A stretch of DNA of 64,000 bases from positions 64,001-128,000 of the forward strand of contig CAVPRW010000034.1 in the NCBI GenBank assembly GCA_963707985.1, read 5' to 3'. Of the stretch, positions 1 to 12,054 are shown in pieces. The stretch's first letter is position 1; every line of letters begins with the position of its first letter. The notes under the pieces were generated by a model that was not told the origin of the DNA, did no database searches, and saw nothing but the letters and a program-made list of their open reading frames with translations. The stretch is from an uncultured Nitrospinota bacterium. Its GTDB lineage: Bacteria; Tectomicrobia; Entotheonellia; J063; CAVPRW01. A program made the translations under genes and the position numbers.

Positions 1-1
1 G

Positions 2-76
2 ATTCGCAAGCGCACGAGCCATATCAGAATCATCCTGCGAGACGCGCTCCAGGGCTCAGTGCCGAGGCGTCCATAG
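2..76 (+). CDS. rplV: 50S ribosomal protein L22, 3' end (partial)
   Basis: Manual translation [14 protein letters not shown]... matches the L22 C-terminal motif; lies directly before rpsC. Confidence 0.9.
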   Translation: MRKRTSHIRIILRDALQGSVPRRP

Positions 77-90
77 GAAAGGAGACTAGG

Positions 91-756
91 GTGGGGCAGA
101 AGGTCCATCCCGTTGGTTTTCGGCTTGGGATCACTAAGACCTGGGAGTCCAATTGGTTTGCGCGACGCGGGTACGGTGAACAGTTGCATGAGGACATTCG
201 CATCCGTGAGTTCATCAAGGGGAAGCTCTTCCATGCGGGGATCGCTCGCATTGAGATCGAACGCGCGGCAAAACGAGTTAAGATCAACATTCACACTGCA
301 CGTCCTGGGATCATAATCGGCCGCAAAGGAACAGAAGTTGACAAGCTTAAAGCCGAGCTCGAGGCGATGACCAAGAAGCAGGTCTTCGTGAATATCATTG
401 AGATTCGGCGCGCCGAGCTGGATGCTCAATTGGTCGCGGAAAACGTGGCCCTGCAGCTTGAACGTCGTATCGCCTTCCGGCGCGCGATGAAAAAGGCCGT
501 CACCTCTGCCCTGCGTTTGGGGGCGAAGGGGATTCGCATCACCTGTTCTGGGCGCTTGGGTGGTGCTGAAATGGCGCGGACCGAGTGGTATCGCGAAGGA
601 CGAGTGCCTTTGCATACACTGCGCGCAGATATCGACTATGGCGCCGCCACGTCACGGACAACCTACGGAGCGATCGGGGTCAAGGTGTGGCTGTTCAAGG
701 GAGAAATTATGCCACAGTTGCATGCCTCCGCGTCTGCACCTGCTGTGACCGCATGA
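91..756 (+). CDS. rpsC: 30S ribosomal protein S3
   Basis: [27 protein letters not shown]. Confidence 0.99.
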   Translation: MGQKVHPVGFRLGITKTWESNWFARRGYGEQLHEDIRIREFIKGKLFHAGIARIEIERAAKRVKINIHTARPGIIIGRKGTEVDKLKAELEAMTKKQVFVNIIEIRRAELDAQLVAENVALQLERRIAFRRAMKKAVTSALRLGAKGIRITCSGRLGGAEMARTEWYREGRVPLHTLRADIDYGAATSRTTYGAIGVKVWLFKGEIMPQLHASASAPAVTA

Positions 757-790
757 CACGCGCGGCGATCCGTAACGGAGGCTCTTGACC

Positions 791-1198
791 ATGTTAATGC
801 CGAAGAAAGTCAAGTACCGTAAACAGCATCGTGGGCGTCGCACTGGCATCGCGTACCGCGGGTCGAGTCTGAATTATGGGAGTTTCGGGCTTAAGGCGCT
901 CGATCCCGGCTGGCTCACGAACCGCCAGATTGAGGCGGGGCGTATCGCCATGACGCGCCATGTGAAGCGGGGTGGCAAGATCTGGATCCGTGTCTTCCCG
1001 GACAAGCCTGTTTCGAAAAAACCCCAAGAAACTCGTATGGGAAAGGGGAAGGGTGCACCGGAGTTCTGGGTTGCGGTGGTTCGATCTGGCCGCATCCTCT
1101 ACGAGATGGAGGGGGTGGACGAGACAACTGCCCGTGAGGCCATGCGCCTGGCGGCTCACAAGCTGCCGCTGAAAACCCGCTTTGTCATGAAGGAATAG
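791..1198 (+). CDS. rplP: 50S ribosomal protein L16
   Basis: [22 protein letters not shown]. Confidence 0.99.
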   Translation: MLMPKKVKYRKQHRGRRTGIAYRGSSLNYGSFGLKALDPGWLTNRQIEAGRIAMTRHVKRGGKIWIRVFPDKPVSKKPQETRMGKGKGAPEFWVAVVRSGRILYEMEGVDETTAREAMRLAAHKLPLKTRFVMKE

Positions 1199-1214
1199 GA
1201 TGCGGAGGGGCGTC

Positions 1215-1406
1215 ATGAAGGCCACAGAGTTACGTGAGCTGTCAGATGATGAACTACGAGGGAGGTTGCGGGAGCTACAAGAAGAGCTTTTTAATCTACG
1301 CTTTCAATTGGCGACGGGACAGATCGAGAATGTGGGCCGTATCCGTACGGTTCGGCGCGACATCGCTCGCCTGAAAACCGTTCAACAGCAGAGAGCGTTG
1401 GCCTAA
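1215..1406 (+). CDS. rpmC: 50S ribosomal protein L29
   Basis: MKATELR...[13 protein letters not shown]...RRDIAR; operon position. Confidence 0.97.
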   Translation: MKATELRELSDDELRGRLRELQEELFNLRFQLATGQIENVGRIRTVRRDIARLKTVQQQRALA

Positions 1407-1440
1407 TAGTGGTCGCCCCATACCCAGATAAGAGGACATC

Positions 1441-1722
1441 ATGCAGGCACAAGGCCAACGAAAGACCTTGGTAGGCGAGGTAGTGAGCAACAAAATGTTG
1501 AAGACAGTCACGGTGCGCGTCGACCGTCTGACAAAACATCCCCAGTTTAAGCGCTATGTTCGACGCTCGCACACCTTCATGGCCCATGACGAGAACAGCA
1601 CCTGCCAGCCAGGCGACCGTGTGAGAATCATCGAAAGCCGGCCATTGAGTCGACATAAACGCTGGCGCGTCACGGCTATCCTGGAACGCGCTGAGAGCCA
1701 GGAATCCCGGAGGAATCCATGA
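1441..1722 (+). CDS. rpsQ: 30S ribosomal protein S17
   Basis: [23 protein letters not shown]. Confidence 0.98.
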   Translation: MQAQGQRKTLVGEVVSNKMLKTVTVRVDRLTKHPQFKRYVRRSHTFMAHDENSTCQPGDRVRIIESRPLSRHKRWRVTAILERAESQESRRNP

Positions 1723-2087
1723 TTCAGCCCCGCACGATTTTGGAAGTTGCCGACAACACAGGCGCGAAAAAGGTCATGTGCATTCGCTCTCTAGGCGGAT
1801 CGAACCGCAAATACGCTACGGTAGGCGACGTCATTGTCGTCAGCGTGAAAGAGGCGGCCCCTAATGGATCTGTTAAAAAAGGTGAGGTCCGCCGAGCGGT
1901 TGTGGTCCGTACAGCCAAAGAAGTACGTCGCCCCGACGGCTCCTATATCCGCTTCGATGGCAATGCTGCCGTACTGATTAACGACGCTGGAGACCCCATG
2001 GGTACGCGTATTTTTGGCCCTGTTGCCCGTGAACTCCGAGCCAGAAGATATATGAAGATTGTCTCACTCGCTCCTGAGGTATTGTAG
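1719..2087 (+). CDS. rplN: 50S ribosomal protein L14
   Basis: [28 protein letters not shown]. Confidence 0.99.
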   Translation: MIQPRTILEVADNTGAKKVMCIRSLGGSNRKYATVGDVIVVSVKEAAPNGSVKKGEVRRAVVVRTAKEVRRPDGSYIRFDGNAAVLINDAGDPMGTRIFGPVARELRARRYMKIVSLAPEVL

Positions 2088-2089
2088 CC

Positions 2090-2434
2090 ATGGAAGAGAA
2101 AACTCCTCGGAGGTGGCACATCCGCAAGGACGACTTTGTTGAAGTCATCACTGGTAAAGACAAAGGCAAGCGTGGCAAGGTCCTCCGGGTGCATGCCGAT
2201 GAAGGACGCATCGTCGTTGAAAAGGTCCATATGATCAAGCGCCATATGCGACCAAGTCGCCTCACGCAGCAGGGGGGTATTATCGAGCGTGAGGGCAAGA
2301 TACACGTATCGAATGTTATGCTGGTGTGTACCCGTTGTGACCTTCCCAGACGAGCGGGAAAAAAAAATCTCGACAATGACAAAAAGGTCCGCGTCTGCCG
2401 CCGGTGCGGGGATGTGGTGGGCCAAGCTGGCTGA
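2090..2434 (+). CDS. rplX: 50S ribosomal protein L24
   Basis: KOW motif VEVITGKDKGKRGKV; IHVSNV; CxxC pairs. Confidence 0.97.
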   Translation: MEEKTPRRWHIRKDDFVEVITGKDKGKRGKVLRVHADEGRIVVEKVHMIKRHMRPSRLTQQGGIIEREGKIHVSNVMLVCTRCDLPRRAGKKNLDNDKKVRVCRRCGDVVGQAG

Positions 2435-2502
2435 GGCTGCTGTCAGACCTCTGGAGCATCTAGATCAATGAGAAGGTGGCCGATGAGGAGATCGGAGAAG
2501 CC

Positions 2503-3048
2503 ATGACGGCTCGGTTGAAAGAGCGTTATCAGCATGAGGCGGTGCCTCAATTGCGTCAGAGGTATACCTATCAGAACCCCCACGAGGTACCGCGGCTGAT
2601 AAAAATTGTTGTCAATATGGGGGTGGGAGAGGCGATCCAGAACTCGAAGATCCTTGATTCAGCGGTCAGCGAACTGGCATTGATTACCGGCCAGAAACCC
2701 CTGGTGACCAAGTCGAAGAAGTCAATCGCCAACTTCAAACTTCGCGCTGGCATGTCGATTGGGTGTAAAGTCACGCTACGCCATGAGCGCATGTACGAGT
2801 TCCTAGACCGACTCATCAATGTGGCGCTTCCACGAGTTCGCGACTTCAAAGGGGTCCCGCCCGATGCCTTCGATGGACGCGGTAATTATGCGTTGGGGAT
2901 TCGCGAGCAGATTATTTTTCCAGAGGTCAGCTATGAGGCTGTGGAACGCGTGAAGGGGCTTGGCGTGATCATTGTTACCACGGCGCATACGGACGAGGAA
3001 GCACGAAGCTTGTTGGCCCTCATGGGTATGCCATTCCGCGAGGCATAG
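2503..3048 (+). CDS. rplE: 50S ribosomal protein L5
   Basis: [27 protein letters not shown] (alternative start 2476). Confidence 0.98.
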   Translation: MTARLKERYQHEAVPQLRQRYTYQNPHEVPRLIKIVVNMGVGEAIQNSKILDSAVSELALITGQKPLVTKSKKSIANFKLRAGMSIGCKVTLRHERMYEFLDRLINVALPRVRDFKGVPPDAFDGRGNYALGIREQIIFPEVSYEAVERVKGLGVIIVTTAHTDEEARSLLALMGMPFREA

Positions 3049-3060
3049 GGGGAGTGCTAG

Positions 3061-3246
3061 TTGGCTAAGAAATCCTTGATTGTGAAAGCGAATCGGGTAC
3101 CAAAGTTCCGCGTGCGAGCTTATCACCGCTGTCAAATCTGCGGGCGACCACGGGGATACTTGCGGAAATTCCAAATGTGCCGCATCTGTTTTCGTCTGCG
3201 GGCGTTGCGTGGCGAAGTTCCTGGAGTGATCAAGGCTAGCTGGTAA
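3061..3246 (+). CDS. rpsN: 30S ribosomal protein S14, short Zn-binding type
   Basis: 61 aa, RCQICGRPR...MCRICFR, TTG start. Confidence 0.97.
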   Translation: MAKKSLIVKANRVPKFRVRAYHRCQICGRPRGYLRKFQMCRICFRLRALRGEVPGVIKASW

Positions 3247-3284
3247 ACTTCCAGTGAGAAAAGGCAGGGTGAGGATTTTGACCG

Positions 3285-3683
3285 ATGACGATGACCGACC
3301 CGATTGCTGATTTTTTGACTCGGATTCGCAATGCGCTTTTGGCTAAGCACGAGACCACAGAAATTCCGGCCTCTAAGCTAAAATGGCGCCTGGCGGAGAT
3401 TCTCAAGTCTGAGGGTTATATCGCGGAAGCCCATCTGGTAGGTGAGGGGCACCATAAAGTAATTCGCATAGGCCTAAAGTACGATTCCGGTGAGGTCAGC
3501 GTGATCCAGTCCCTGCAACGAATCAGTAAACCGGGACGCCGCATGTATGTCACAGCTGATCAGCTGCCCCGTGTGCTTAACGGCTTGGGAGTTGCCGTTA
3601 TTTCGACTTCCCGAGGGATGATGTCCGACCGCGAGTGCCGACGGTTACACGTCGGCGGTGAGGTCATGTGCCAGGTCTGGTAG
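3285..3683 (+). CDS. rpsH: 30S ribosomal protein S8
   Basis: MTDPIADFLTRIRNA; SKPGRRMY; GGEV. Confidence 0.99.
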   Translation: MTMTDPIADFLTRIRNALLAKHETTEIPASKLKWRLAEILKSEGYIAEAHLVGEGHHKVIRIGLKYDSGEVSVIQSLQRISKPGRRMYVTADQLPRVLNGLGVAVISTSRGMMSDRECRRLHVGGEVMCQVW

Positions 3684-3694
3684 GGAGAGAAGTT

Positions 3695-4231
3695 ATGTCT
3701 CGTATCGGTAAGAAGCCCATTGATCTTCCTGCAGACGTAGAGGTTAACATAGACGCGGGCCAAGTTTGGGTCACGGGGCCGCGTGGGCGTCTCACACGCA
3801 CCATGTCAGACCTCCTCGAGCTGCAGTTCGAAGACCATCAGCTCCTGATTGGAAAAAAGGTGGAATCCAAGCGAGCTCGGGCCATGCACGGTCTCATGCG
3901 CACGCTCATTTTCAACATGGTCAAGGGCGTTGCTGAGGGCTTCCAGAAACAGCTGGTGGTATCTGGTTTGGGCTATCGCGTGCAGATGCAGGGGAAAAAC
4001 CTCCAGTTGGCCATTGGGTATTCACAACCGGTAACAGTTACCCCACCCGAGGGCATTGAATTCGAAGTCAGCCAACGGAATTTGATCACTGTGCGTGGTG
4101 CCAATAAGGAGCAGGTGGGTCAAGTCTCGGCTGAGATTCGCCGCCTCAGACCCCCTGAACCATATAAGGGAGCAGGTATCGCCTACGCCAATGAAACCAT
4201 ACGACGTAAGGTTGGCAAGGCAGGAGTCTAA
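3695..4231 (+). CDS. rplF: 50S ribosomal protein L6
   Basis: MSRIGKKPI; RPPEPYKGAGI; RRKVGK. Confidence 0.98.
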   Translation: MSRIGKKPIDLPADVEVNIDAGQVWVTGPRGRLTRTMSDLLELQFEDHQLLIGKKVESKRARAMHGLMRTLIFNMVKGVAEGFQKQLVVSGLGYRVQMQGKNLQLAIGYSQPVTVTPPEGIEFEVSQRNLITVRGANKEQVGQVSAEIRRLRPPEPYKGAGIAYANETIRRKVGKAGV

Positions 4232-4243
4232 GGGAGAGCAGTT

Positions 4244-4630
4244 GTGTCCGATCAGGTCGGGATCCGGGAACGAGCGCGAAGACGGCGGCAGGAGCGTGTG
4301 CGTAAGAAGGTCCAAGGTACTCCGTCACGTCCGCGCCTGTCAGTTTTCAAGAGCGCTAAACACATATATGGCCAACTCATCGACGATGTGGGAGGCCACA
4401 CGCTTGCAGCCGCCTCTAGCTTAAGCCTGCCGTTTCGTGAGCGGATCCAAGATATTGAGAAAGCTTCAGGAGGGAACGTCAGCGGTGCCAAGATCGTCGG
4501 GGAACTTATAGCAGAGCAAGCCCAGGCGAAGGGTATTAGGCAAATTGTCTTCGACCGTAATGGCTTCTTGTATCATGGTCGCGTAAAAGCGCTCGCCGAA
4601 GCAGCTCGTGAGGCCGGCCTAAAGTTTTGA
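4244..4630 (+). CDS. rplR: 50S ribosomal protein L18
   Basis: [33 protein letters not shown]. Confidence 0.98.
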   Translation: MSDQVGIRERARRRRQERVRKKVQGTPSRPRLSVFKSAKHIYGQLIDDVGGHTLAAASSLSLPFRERIQDIEKASGGNVSGAKIVGELIAEQAQAKGIRQIVFDRNGFLYHGRVKALAEAAREAGLKF

Positions 4631-4651
4631 ACGGATTAGAGGAGCCTTCCT

Positions 4652-5182
4652 GTGCAGGAGTCTATGACAGAGCGCGAAACGTCGGGCGAGCTTATCGATA
4701 AGATCATCTATATCAATCGTGTGGCAAAGGTCGTTAAAGGAGGGCGCCGCTTCAGCTTTAGTGCATTGGTGGTGGTGGGGGACCGCAATGGTCGTGTTGG
4801 GGTGGGCATGGGAAAAGCCAACGAAGTACCGGAGGCCATTCGGAAAGGGATCGAACACGCCAAGAAGCACCTCATACGCGTGTCGCTGGCAGGGACGACG
4901 ATTCCTCACCAGGTGCTTGGCGAGTTCGGAGCAGGTCGTGTTCTCTTAAAGCCAGCGTCGAAAGGCACCGGGATCATCGCGGGAGGCCCCGTGCGTGCAA
5001 TCATGGAAGCCGTGGGTATTGGTGACATCCTTACAAAGTCCCTTGGCTCAAACAATCCTCATAACGTCGTCAAGGCAGCTCTGGCGGGCCTCGAGCGCAT
5101 TCGTGAGCCACAAGAGGTCGCCCGCATGCGGGGGCAGGAGCTTTCCGTCATGCAACCAGCGCGTGCATCCGCGGGGAGGTAA
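4652..5182 (+). CDS. rpsE: 30S ribosomal protein S5
   Basis: [31 protein letters not shown]. Confidence 0.99.
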   Translation: MQESMTERETSGELIDKIIYINRVAKVVKGGRRFSFSALVVVGDRNGRVGVGMGKANEVPEAIRKGIEHAKKHLIRVSLAGTTIPHQVLGEFGAGRVLLKPASKGTGIIAGGPVRAIMEAVGIGDILTKSLGSNNPHNVVKAALAGLERIREPQEVARMRGQELSVMQPARASAGR

Positions 5183-5186
5183 CACC

Positions 5187-5378
5187 GTGGCGCAGCTTAA
5201 GATCACTCTTATTCGCAGCGGTATCGGAAGTCCGCAAAAGCTTAAGGAGGCACTGACCGGCCTGGGACTAACGAGACTCCACAAAACAGTAATCCGGGAG
5301 AACCGCCCGGAGATTCGCGGTATGATCCGCAAAGTGCAACACCTGATTCGGGTGGATGAGATCACTGAAGGACGCTAG
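5187..5378 (+). CDS. rpmD: 50S ribosomal protein L30
   Basis: GTG start; LKITLIRSGIG...LGL...GMIRKV.HL; between rpsE and rplO. Confidence 0.95.
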   Translation: MAQLKITLIRSGIGSPQKLKEALTGLGLTRLHKTVIRENRPEIRGMIRKVQHLIRVDEITEGR

Positions 5379-5381
5379 GCT

Positions 5382-5831
5382 ATGAAACTGCATGAGATGA
5401 AGCCGGCACCAGGGTCGACGAAGCGTCGAAAAGTTGTGGGCCGAGGGCGTGGCTCGGGGCACGGCACGACAGCAGGGCGGGGGGGAAAAGGCCAAACGGC
5501 ACGTACGGGGTCGAGCATTCCAGCCTGGTTCGAAGGCGGTCAAATGCCACTCATCCGACGTTTGCCAAAACGTGGGTTCACGAATATTTTTAAGCGGGAC
5601 TACGCGATTATCAATATCAAGATCCTTGATCGATTTGAGTCTGGTCAAGAGGTTACCCCAGCGCTCCTGGTATCTCAGGGGATGATCCGGTCGCGACACG
5701 AGGGGATTAAGGTGCTCGGAACCGGTACCTTGACCAAGGCCCTGACCGTACATGCCCACAAATTCAGCCAGTCGGCGGCCGCGAAGATTGCAGCGGCGGG
5801 TGGAAAGGTCCAGGTGATCGAGCGTGATTGA
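5382..5831 (+). CDS. rplO: 50S ribosomal protein L15
   Basis: [26 protein letters not shown]. Confidence 0.99.
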   Translation: MKLHEMKPAPGSTKRRKVVGRGRGSGHGTTAGRGGKGQTARTGSSIPAWFEGGQMPLIRRLPKRGFTNIFKRDYAIINIKILDRFESGQEVTPALLVSQGMIRSRHEGIKVLGTGTLTKALTVHAHKFSQSAAAKIAAAGGKVQVIERD

Positions 5832-7131
5832 AGGCTTTCAGAACGCGTTCAGAATCCCGGAACTCAAAAAACGTATTCTGTTCACGCTAGCACTTTTGGC
5901 GGTTTACCGCGTTGGTGCACACATCCCTACACCTGGGATCGATAGCCAAGCGCTAGCAGCTTTTTTCCAGCAGACACAGGGAACGCTTCTTGGCTTCTTC
6001 GATATGTTCTCCGGGGGTGCACTGAGCCGTCTGACGATCTTCGCACTGGGAATTATGCCCTATATTAGTGCCTCCATCATATTGGAGTTGCTAACAGTTG
6101 TTGTGCCATACCTAGAGAAGCTCAAGAAGGAAGGGGAACAGGGTCGCAAGAAAATTACCCAATATGCAAGGTATGGCACCATTGTCCTTAGTATAGTGCA
6201 AGGACTGGGGATTAGCCTAGGCCTCGAGAGTATGCAAAGTCCGACCGGAGCCCTGGTTGTGCCAGACCCTGGATGGTCCTTCCGCCTGATGACTGTACTC
6301 ACGCTAACCGCTGGAACCGCTTTTATCATGTGGCTTGGCGAGCAGATCACTGAGCGTGGTATCGGCAACGGCATCTCATTGATCATCTTCGCCGGAATCG
6401 TCGCACGGCTCCCTTCGGCGATCGTCAACACTTTTCGGTTAATGGAGACGGGCGAACTCAATCTTCTGTTGATGATCTTCCTGTTAGGCCTTATGCTGGC
6501 TGTCGTTGCGGCAATCGTGTTTATGGAGGCTGGACATCGGAAGATCCCTATCCAGTATGCCAAGCGAGTAGTGGGACGCCGCATGTATGGGGGGCAGACC
6601 ACGCATTTGCCGCTGAAGCTCAATACTTCTGGAGTGATTCCGCCGATTTTCGCCTCATCTATTATTAGTTTTCCGCTGACCATTGCAACCTTTACACACC
6701 ATCCGTGGCTGGAGTGGGTGTCCAGTGCGTTGGCTCCCGCGACCCCCCTGTATACGCTCGCAAACGTCGTAATGATCTTCTTCTTCTGCTATTTCTATAC
6801 GGCGATCATCTTTAATCCCATGGATGTAGCAGAAAATATGAAGAAGTACGGCGGCTTTATTCCAGGAATGCGTCCGGGCAAGCGAACGGCCGAGTATATC
6901 GACCGCACGTTGACGCGACTCACCTTCGTGGGGGCGATTTATCTTTCGTTCGTAGTCATCCTACCGGACTATATGATTCGCTATCTGAACGTACCGTTCT
7001 ATTTTGGAGGGACTGGCTTACTGATCGTTGTCGGCGTGGCCATGGACACGATGCAGCAAATCGAGTCGCACCTCGTCATGCGACACTACGAAAGCTTCCT
7101 GAAGAAGGGTCGCTTGCGTGGACGTCGGTAG
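5824..7131 (+). CDS. secY: Preprotein translocase subunit SecY
   Basis: [46 protein letters not shown]. Confidence 0.99.
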   Translation: MIEGFQNAFRIPELKKRILFTLALLAVYRVGAHIPTPGIDSQALAAFFQQTQGTLLGFFDMFSGGALSRLTIFALGIMPYISASIILELLTVVVPYLEKLKKEGEQGRKKITQYARYGTIVLSIVQGLGISLGLESMQSPTGALVVPDPGWSFRLMTVLTLTAGTAFIMWLGEQITERGIGNGISLIIFAGIVARLPSAIVNTFRLMETGELNLLLMIFLLGLMLAVVAAIVFMEAGHRKIPIQYAKRVVGRRMYGGQTTHLPLKLNTSGVIPPIFASSIISFPLTIATFTHHPWLEWVSSALAPATPLYTLANVVMIFFFCYFYTAIIFNPMDVAENMKKYGGFIPGMRPGKRTAEYIDRTLTRLTFVGAIYLSFVVILPDYMIRYLNVPFYFGGTGLLIVVGVAMDTMQQIESHLVMRHYESFLKKGRLRGRR

Positions 7132-7171
7132 GGGCGATGGTGGCGGAGATGCAAGTTGAGGAGGAATGTAG

Positions 7172-7816
7172 GTGCGGCTCATCTTTTTGGGGCCCCCGGC
7201 TGCGGGAAAGGGGACGCAGGCCAGACGACTTGCTGTAGAATACGCAATACCTCATATCTCAACCGGTGATATCCTCCGGGCGGCCATCAATCAGAGGACA
7301 TATCTCGGACAGAAAGCCAAGCGGTACATGGATCAAGGGGCGCTCGTTCCCGATGATGTCATGATCGGTATCGCCATGGAGCGGTTACATCAAAGTGACT
7401 GTGAAAGTGGATTTATTCTCGACGGCTTTCCCCGGACCATCCCGCAGGCAGAGGCGTTATCTAAACTCTTAGAGTCGATGAATACACCACTGAATTATGT
7501 GGTAAACATGGCTGTGCCGGTCGAGGAGATTGTGCGTCGCCTGAGTGGTCGATTAACTTGCCAAAATTGCGGTCGGATGTTTAACTTGATGCTTGACCCC
7601 CCGAAGACGCTTGGGCGCTGTGATTGCTGCGGTGGATCACTCTTCCAACGCATAGACGATCGTATCGACACGGTGCATGAACGACTTGAGGTGTACCGGC
7701 AAAGTACGCAACCGCTCATCGAATACTACGCAGCGCGAGGGCTGCTCATAACGATTGATGGCACTGGCACCATCGACGCTATCGCCAAGCGTATCGGCGA
7801 AGCGGTGGGTGGATGA
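7172..7816 (+). CDS. adk: Adenylate kinase with Cys-rich LID
   Basis: LGPPAAGKGTQA; HISTGD; LDGFPRT. Confidence 0.98.
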   Translation: MRLIFLGPPAAGKGTQARRLAVEYAIPHISTGDILRAAINQRTYLGQKAKRYMDQGALVPDDVMIGIAMERLHQSDCESGFILDGFPRTIPQAEALSKLLESMNTPLNYVVNMAVPVEEIVRRLSGRLTCQNCGRMFNLMLDPPKTLGRCDCCGGSLFQRIDDRIDTVHERLEVYRQSTQPLIEYYAARGLLITIDGTGTIDAIAKRIGEAVGG

Positions 7817-7825
7817 CTGACTCCG

Positions 7826-8572
7826 ATGATCATTCTGAAATCGAAAAGCGAAATTGACAAGATGGCGATTGCCTGCCACATCGTCGCCGAGGTGTTGGAG
7901 GTACTGGTGCAGGCAATACGTCCAGGTCTCACCACCCTTGAACTAGATGCTCTGGCCGAACGAAACATTCGTACACGGGGAGGTGTGCCAGCTTTCAAAG
8001 GCTACCGGGGATTCCCCAACACCCTGTGTGTCTCACTGAACGAGCAAGTCGTGCACGGCATTCCGTCGAAACGACGATTGCGATCCGGGGATATTATTGG
8101 TCTCGATCTTGGCGCCAAGTGGGAAGGGTACTATGGAGACGCGGCGGTCACCGTTCCAGTGGGTCACATTCCAGCAGATACGGAGTGTTTACTGAATACC
8201 GCCCGAGAGGCGTTGTATTTGGGCGTCAAAGAAGTACACCCTGGAAAACACCTCTCAGACGTTTCGCATGCAATCCAGCGCCACGCGGAAACACGCGGGT
8301 ACAGCGTAGTCCGGTCTTTTGTGGGGCATGGGATTGGTACTGCCCTCCATGAAGAACCGCAGGTGCCGAACTTTGGACCACCCGGCCGTGGACCACGCTT
8401 GAAGGCTGGCATGGTACTGGCCATCGAACCCATGGTCAACATCGGCCATGCTGATGTTGAGATCTTGGATGATGGCTGGACAGTCGTGACCGCTGATGGG
8501 CAGCTATCAGCACATTTCGAGCACACGGTTGCAATCACTGATGAAGGGCCCCAAATTCTCACGGCGCTCTAA
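7826..8572 (+). CDS. map: Methionine aminopeptidase type I
   Basis: SLNEQVVHGIP; GHGIG; AIEPM; SAHFEHT. Confidence 0.98.
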   Translation: MIILKSKSEIDKMAIACHIVAEVLEVLVQAIRPGLTTLELDALAERNIRTRGGVPAFKGYRGFPNTLCVSLNEQVVHGIPSKRRLRSGDIIGLDLGAKWEGYYGDAAVTVPVGHIPADTECLLNTAREALYLGVKEVHPGKHLSDVSHAIQRHAETRGYSVVRSFVGHGIGTALHEEPQVPNFGPPGRGPRLKAGMVLAIEPMVNIGHADVEILDDGWTVVTADGQLSAHFEHTVAITDEGPQILTAL

Positions 8573-8633
8573 TGTGATCTTGAAGCTCAAGAAATGTAAA
8601 TTTCATTGCGGGAATGGGATGAGGCACTGAACT

Positions 8634-8852
8634 ATGGAAAAAGAAGAAGCCATTGAGGTGGAGGGGACCGTTGTTGAACCTCTGCCGAACGCCATGTTTC
8701 GGGTAGAGCTTGAAAATGGGCACAAGGTTCTGGCGCACGTCTCCGGCAAGATCCGCATGAATTTTATTCGCATCTTGCCGGGTGATAAGGTGAAGATTGA
8801 ACTGTCGCCCTATGATCTATCACGAGGACGAATCACCTACCGCTATAAGTGA
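8634..8852 (+). CDS. infA: Translation initiation factor IF-1
   Basis: [28 protein letters not shown]. Confidence 0.99.
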   Translation: MEKEEAIEVEGTVVEPLPNAMFRVELENGHKVLAHVSGKIRMNFIRILPGDKVKIELSPYDLSRGRITYRYK

Positions 8853-8865
8853 GCGCGACACTAGC

Positions 8866-8979
8866 ATGAAAGTTAAGGCTTCAGTCAAACGCCGCTGTGA
8901 GAAATGCAAGGTAATTCGCCGGCAAGGGATAGTGCGCGTGATTTGTAGCAATCCGCGCCACAAGCAGCGCCAAGGATGA
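8866..8979 (+). CDS. rpmJ: 50S ribosomal protein L36
   Basis: [14 protein letters not shown]...[13 protein letters not shown], 37 aa. Confidence 0.98.
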   Translation: MKVKASVKRRCEKCKVIRRQGIVRVICSNPRHKQRQG

Positions 8980-9038
8980 TGAAGTATGGCGTCGGCACGT
9001 CAGGCGAGAGCTGCATGGGAACGAGATAGGAGGGAACT

Positions 9039-9416
9039 ATGGCTCGTATCGCGGGCGTGGACATTCCAAATGATAAGCGCGTGGAGGTTTCGCTGACGTA
9101 TATTTATGGCGTCGGTCGGTCAACAGCCATTAAGATCCTGAAGCGCGCTGAAATTAACCCGGATACCCGTGTTAAAGACTTGACGGAACAAGAAATTAGT
9201 CGCATTCGTGAAGTGCTTGAAGGCAATTATGTGGTTGAGGGTGACTTACGCCGCGAGTTGTCCATGAACATCAAACGCCTAATGGACATCGGGACCTATC
9301 GTGGTTTACGCCATCGACGTGGATTACCCGTACGCGGCCAACGGACACGGACAAATTCCCGCACCCGTAAAGGACCAAGACGGACCGTCGGGGCTAGGAA
9401 GAAAGCAAAAAAGTAG
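9039..9416 (+). CDS. rpsM: 30S ribosomal protein S13
   Basis: [22 protein letters not shown]. Confidence 0.99.
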   Translation: MARIAGVDIPNDKRVEVSLTYIYGVGRSTAIKILKRAEINPDTRVKDLTEQEISRIREVLEGNYVVEGDLRRELSMNIKRLMDIGTYRGLRHRRGLPVRGQRTRTNSRTRKGPRRTVGARKKAKK

Positions 9417-9425
9417 GGGGATGAT

Positions 9426-9824
9426 ATGGCACGGGGCCGGAGAGAGGGAGGAAGACAGCGGCGGCGTGAACGGAAAAATGTTACCGAGGGTGTGGCTCAC
9501 ATTCAAGCGACTTTCAACAATACTATTATCACCATCACCGACACCATAGGGAATGTGATCTGTTGGGGAAGCTCTGGCTCTCACGGGTTCAAGGGTTCCC
9601 GAAAGAGTACACCCTTTGCCGCTCAGGTAGCAGCGGAGGCTGCGGCTAAGAAGGCTATGGATCAGGGCATGCGCAAGATTGAGGTGTGTGTGAAGGGTCC
9701 CGGAGCAGGACGGGAAGCGGCCATTCGCTCACTCCAGGCTGTCGGTCTAGAAATCAACCTGATCCGCGATGTGACCCCGATCCCGCATAATGGTTGCCGA
9801 CCCCCGAAACGCCGACGGGTATAG
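9426..9824 (+). CDS. rpsK: 30S ribosomal protein S11
   Basis: [27 protein letters not shown]. Confidence 0.99.
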   Translation: MARGRREGGRQRRRERKNVTEGVAHIQATFNNTIITITDTIGNVICWGSSGSHGFKGSRKSTPFAAQVAAEAAAKKAMDQGMRKIEVCVKGPGAGREAAIRSLQAVGLEINLIRDVTPIPHNGCRPPKRRRV

Positions 9825-9858
9825 CGATTAGCGAACGCGGACACAGAGGAGAATATCG

Positions 9859-10485
9859 TTGGCACGCAATACGGGCTCTGTCTGTCGTCTTTGCCGCCGA
9901 GAAGGCATGAAGCTTTTCTTGAAGGGTGAGCGCTGTTACAGCGAGAAATGTGCTATTACACGCCGAAATTACGCACCTGGGCAACATGGACAACGCCGAC
10001 CGAAACCATCTGAGTATGGTTTACAGTTACGCGAGAAGCAAAAAGTTAAGCGTATCTATGGTGTTTTCGAACGGCAATTCCGCAGCTATTTTGCAAGAGC
10101 AGACCGACGTAAGGGGGTTACCGGGGAAAACCTTCTGCTCCTCCTCGAGCAGCGACTCGATTCCGTCGTCTATCGCCTAGGTTTTGCCAGCTCCCGCGCC
10201 CAAGCGCGCCAGCTTGTCAGCCATGGGCATTTCATGGTCAACAGCCGGAAGGTCGATATTCCCTCATACTTGGTCAAGAGTGGTGACGTCATCCAAGTTC
10301 GCGAACGAAGTCGCACGATTGAGCCCATTACCATGTCGCTCGAAACCGTAGAACAGCGTGGCATACCGACCTGGCTTGAACTTGATAAGGGAGACTTTAA
10401 AGGCATCGTGCACCAGTTCCCCTCCCGCGATCAGCTGACCATTCCTATCCAAGAGCAGCTTATCGTGGAGCTTTATTCGAAATAG
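9859..10485 (+). CDS. rpsD: 30S ribosomal protein S4
   Basis: [30 protein letters not shown] start. Confidence 0.99.
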   Translation: MARNTGSVCRLCRREGMKLFLKGERCYSEKCAITRRNYAPGQHGQRRPKPSEYGLQLREKQKVKRIYGVFERQFRSYFARADRRKGVTGENLLLLLEQRLDSVVYRLGFASSRAQARQLVSHGHFMVNSRKVDIPSYLVKSGDVIQVRERSRTIEPITMSLETVEQRGIPTWLELDKGDFKGIVHQFPSRDQLTIPIQEQLIVELYSK

Positions 10486-10577
10486 CCGGCACCCTCAAAA
10501 GCGCGTTGCGGGTCATTTGCTGGAGCGAGGCAAGCGCGTGTCTATCATGTTGGGTCAATAGGGGGTTAGACGCAACG

Positions 10578-11588
10578 ATGTTACCCGAGTTTCAGATGCC
10601 GAAGCGCATTGAAGTCGACCGGGCAACCCGAACGAACTACTTTGGACGCTTCACGGCAGAACCATTTGAGAGAGGATTTGGTACGACGGTGGGCAATGCT
10701 CTGCGGCGCGTGCTTCTGTCCTCACTTGAAGGAGCTGCCGTAACTTCCGTGCAAATTGAAGGAGTTTACCACGAATTTTCGGCCATTCCAGGCGTGCGAG
10801 AGGATGTCACGGATATCATCCTCAATATCAAAGAACTCCTGTTGAAGATGCATGGCTATGGACCGAAAGTTATCAGTATCCAGGCCGAGGGGGAAGGCGA
10901 GGTCACAGGGGCACAGATACAGACGGACCCCGATATCGAGGTGATTAACCCACGAACGCACATCGCCACCCTCAACCAAGATGGTAAACTGACCATTCTT
11001 ATGACGGTCAGAAAAGGGCGTGGCTATGTCCCTGCTGAGATGAACGTCGAGGAGGAGATGCCAGCTCAGGCGATTCCGATCGACGCGATCTTCTCTCCAG
11101 TGCAAAAAGTCAATTTCATCGTTGAGAATGCACGTGTCGGGCGTCGGACCGACTATGATAAGCTGGTTCTTGAGGTCACCACCAACGGTAGCCTCACACC
11201 CGAGGAAGCAGTCTCGCAGGCGGCGCAGATTCTACGAGATCACCTAGAGATCTTTGTTAACTTCAAAGAGGAAATGCGCCCTGAGATGCCCACCGTCGAT
11301 GTGGATCGTGTGCACCTCTTCGAAAACCTCAAACGCAGTGTTGATGAACTGGAACTCTCGGTCCGCTCGTATAACTGCCTTAAGAACGCCAATATTCGCA
11401 ATATCGGTGAGCTCGTCCAGAAGACCGAGGCTGAAATGCTGAAGACACGGAACTTTGGACGCAAGTCTCTCAATGAGATCAAGGAAATCCTCGAGACTTT
11501 AGGGCTCAGTCTGGGGATGAAGCTTGACGAGGAGCTGCTCGCAGAGCTTGCCAAATCCGAGGTGATTCCGAGCGAACCTGAGGAATAA
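10578..11588 (+). CDS. rpoA: RNA polymerase alpha subunit
   Basis: [43 protein letters not shown]. Confidence 0.99.
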   Translation: MLPEFQMPKRIEVDRATRTNYFGRFTAEPFERGFGTTVGNALRRVLLSSLEGAAVTSVQIEGVYHEFSAIPGVREDVTDIILNIKELLLKMHGYGPKVISIQAEGEGEVTGAQIQTDPDIEVINPRTHIATLNQDGKLTILMTVRKGRGYVPAEMNVEEEMPAQAIPIDAIFSPVQKVNFIVENARVGRRTDYDKLVLEVTTNGSLTPEEAVSQAAQILRDHLEIFVNFKEEMRPEMPTVDVDRVHLFENLKRSVDELELSVRSYNCLKNANIRNIGELVQKTEAEMLKTRNFGRKSLNEIKEILETLGLSLGMKLDEELLAELAKSEVIPSEPEE

Positions 11589-11618
11589 TAGCGATTCTCA
11601 GGGAGGGCATAGGTGACC

Positions 11619-11990
11619 ATGCGGCACCTAAAACAGGGACGAAAATTAGGACGTACAACAGCCCATCGCAAGGCCCTATTACGGAATCTCGCGACCGCCT
11701 TGCTTGAACATGAGAGGATTACCACTACTGAACCAAAAGCCAAAGAGTTACGGCGGGTCGCTGATAAGCTGGTGACCTTGGGCAAGCGTGGGAACCTGCA
11801 TGCGCGCCGCCAAGCTCTCCAGGTGGTGCAAAGCAACGCTGTCGTGCAGAAGCTGTTCAATGAAATCGCCCCGCGTTTTGCTGGACGACAGGGTGGTTAC
11901 ACCCGGATTTTGCGCCTCGGATACCGACCCGGCGATGCCGCTGCGATGGCGGTCATCGAGTTGGTAGATGCTCCAATCGAGACAACATAA
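11619..11990 (+). CDS. rplQ: 50S ribosomal protein L17
   Basis: [30 protein letters not shown]. Confidence 0.99.
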   Translation: MRHLKQGRKLGRTTAHRKALLRNLATALLEHERITTTEPKAKELRRVADKLVTLGKRGNLHARRQALQVVQSNAVVQKLFNEIAPRFAGRQGGYTRILRLGYRPGDAAAMAVIELVDAPIETT

Positions 11991-12033
11991 GGCGGTGACT
12001 GCCACCGGCAAGTCCATCCCTAACATTTTTACT

Positions 12034-12054
12034 ACGCGGGCAATACCGCGTTTC
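12034..12054 (+). terminator. Possible weak intrinsic terminator after rplQ
   Basis: ACGCGG-gcaata-CCGCGT hairpin followed by only a short T run. Confidence 0.3.
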
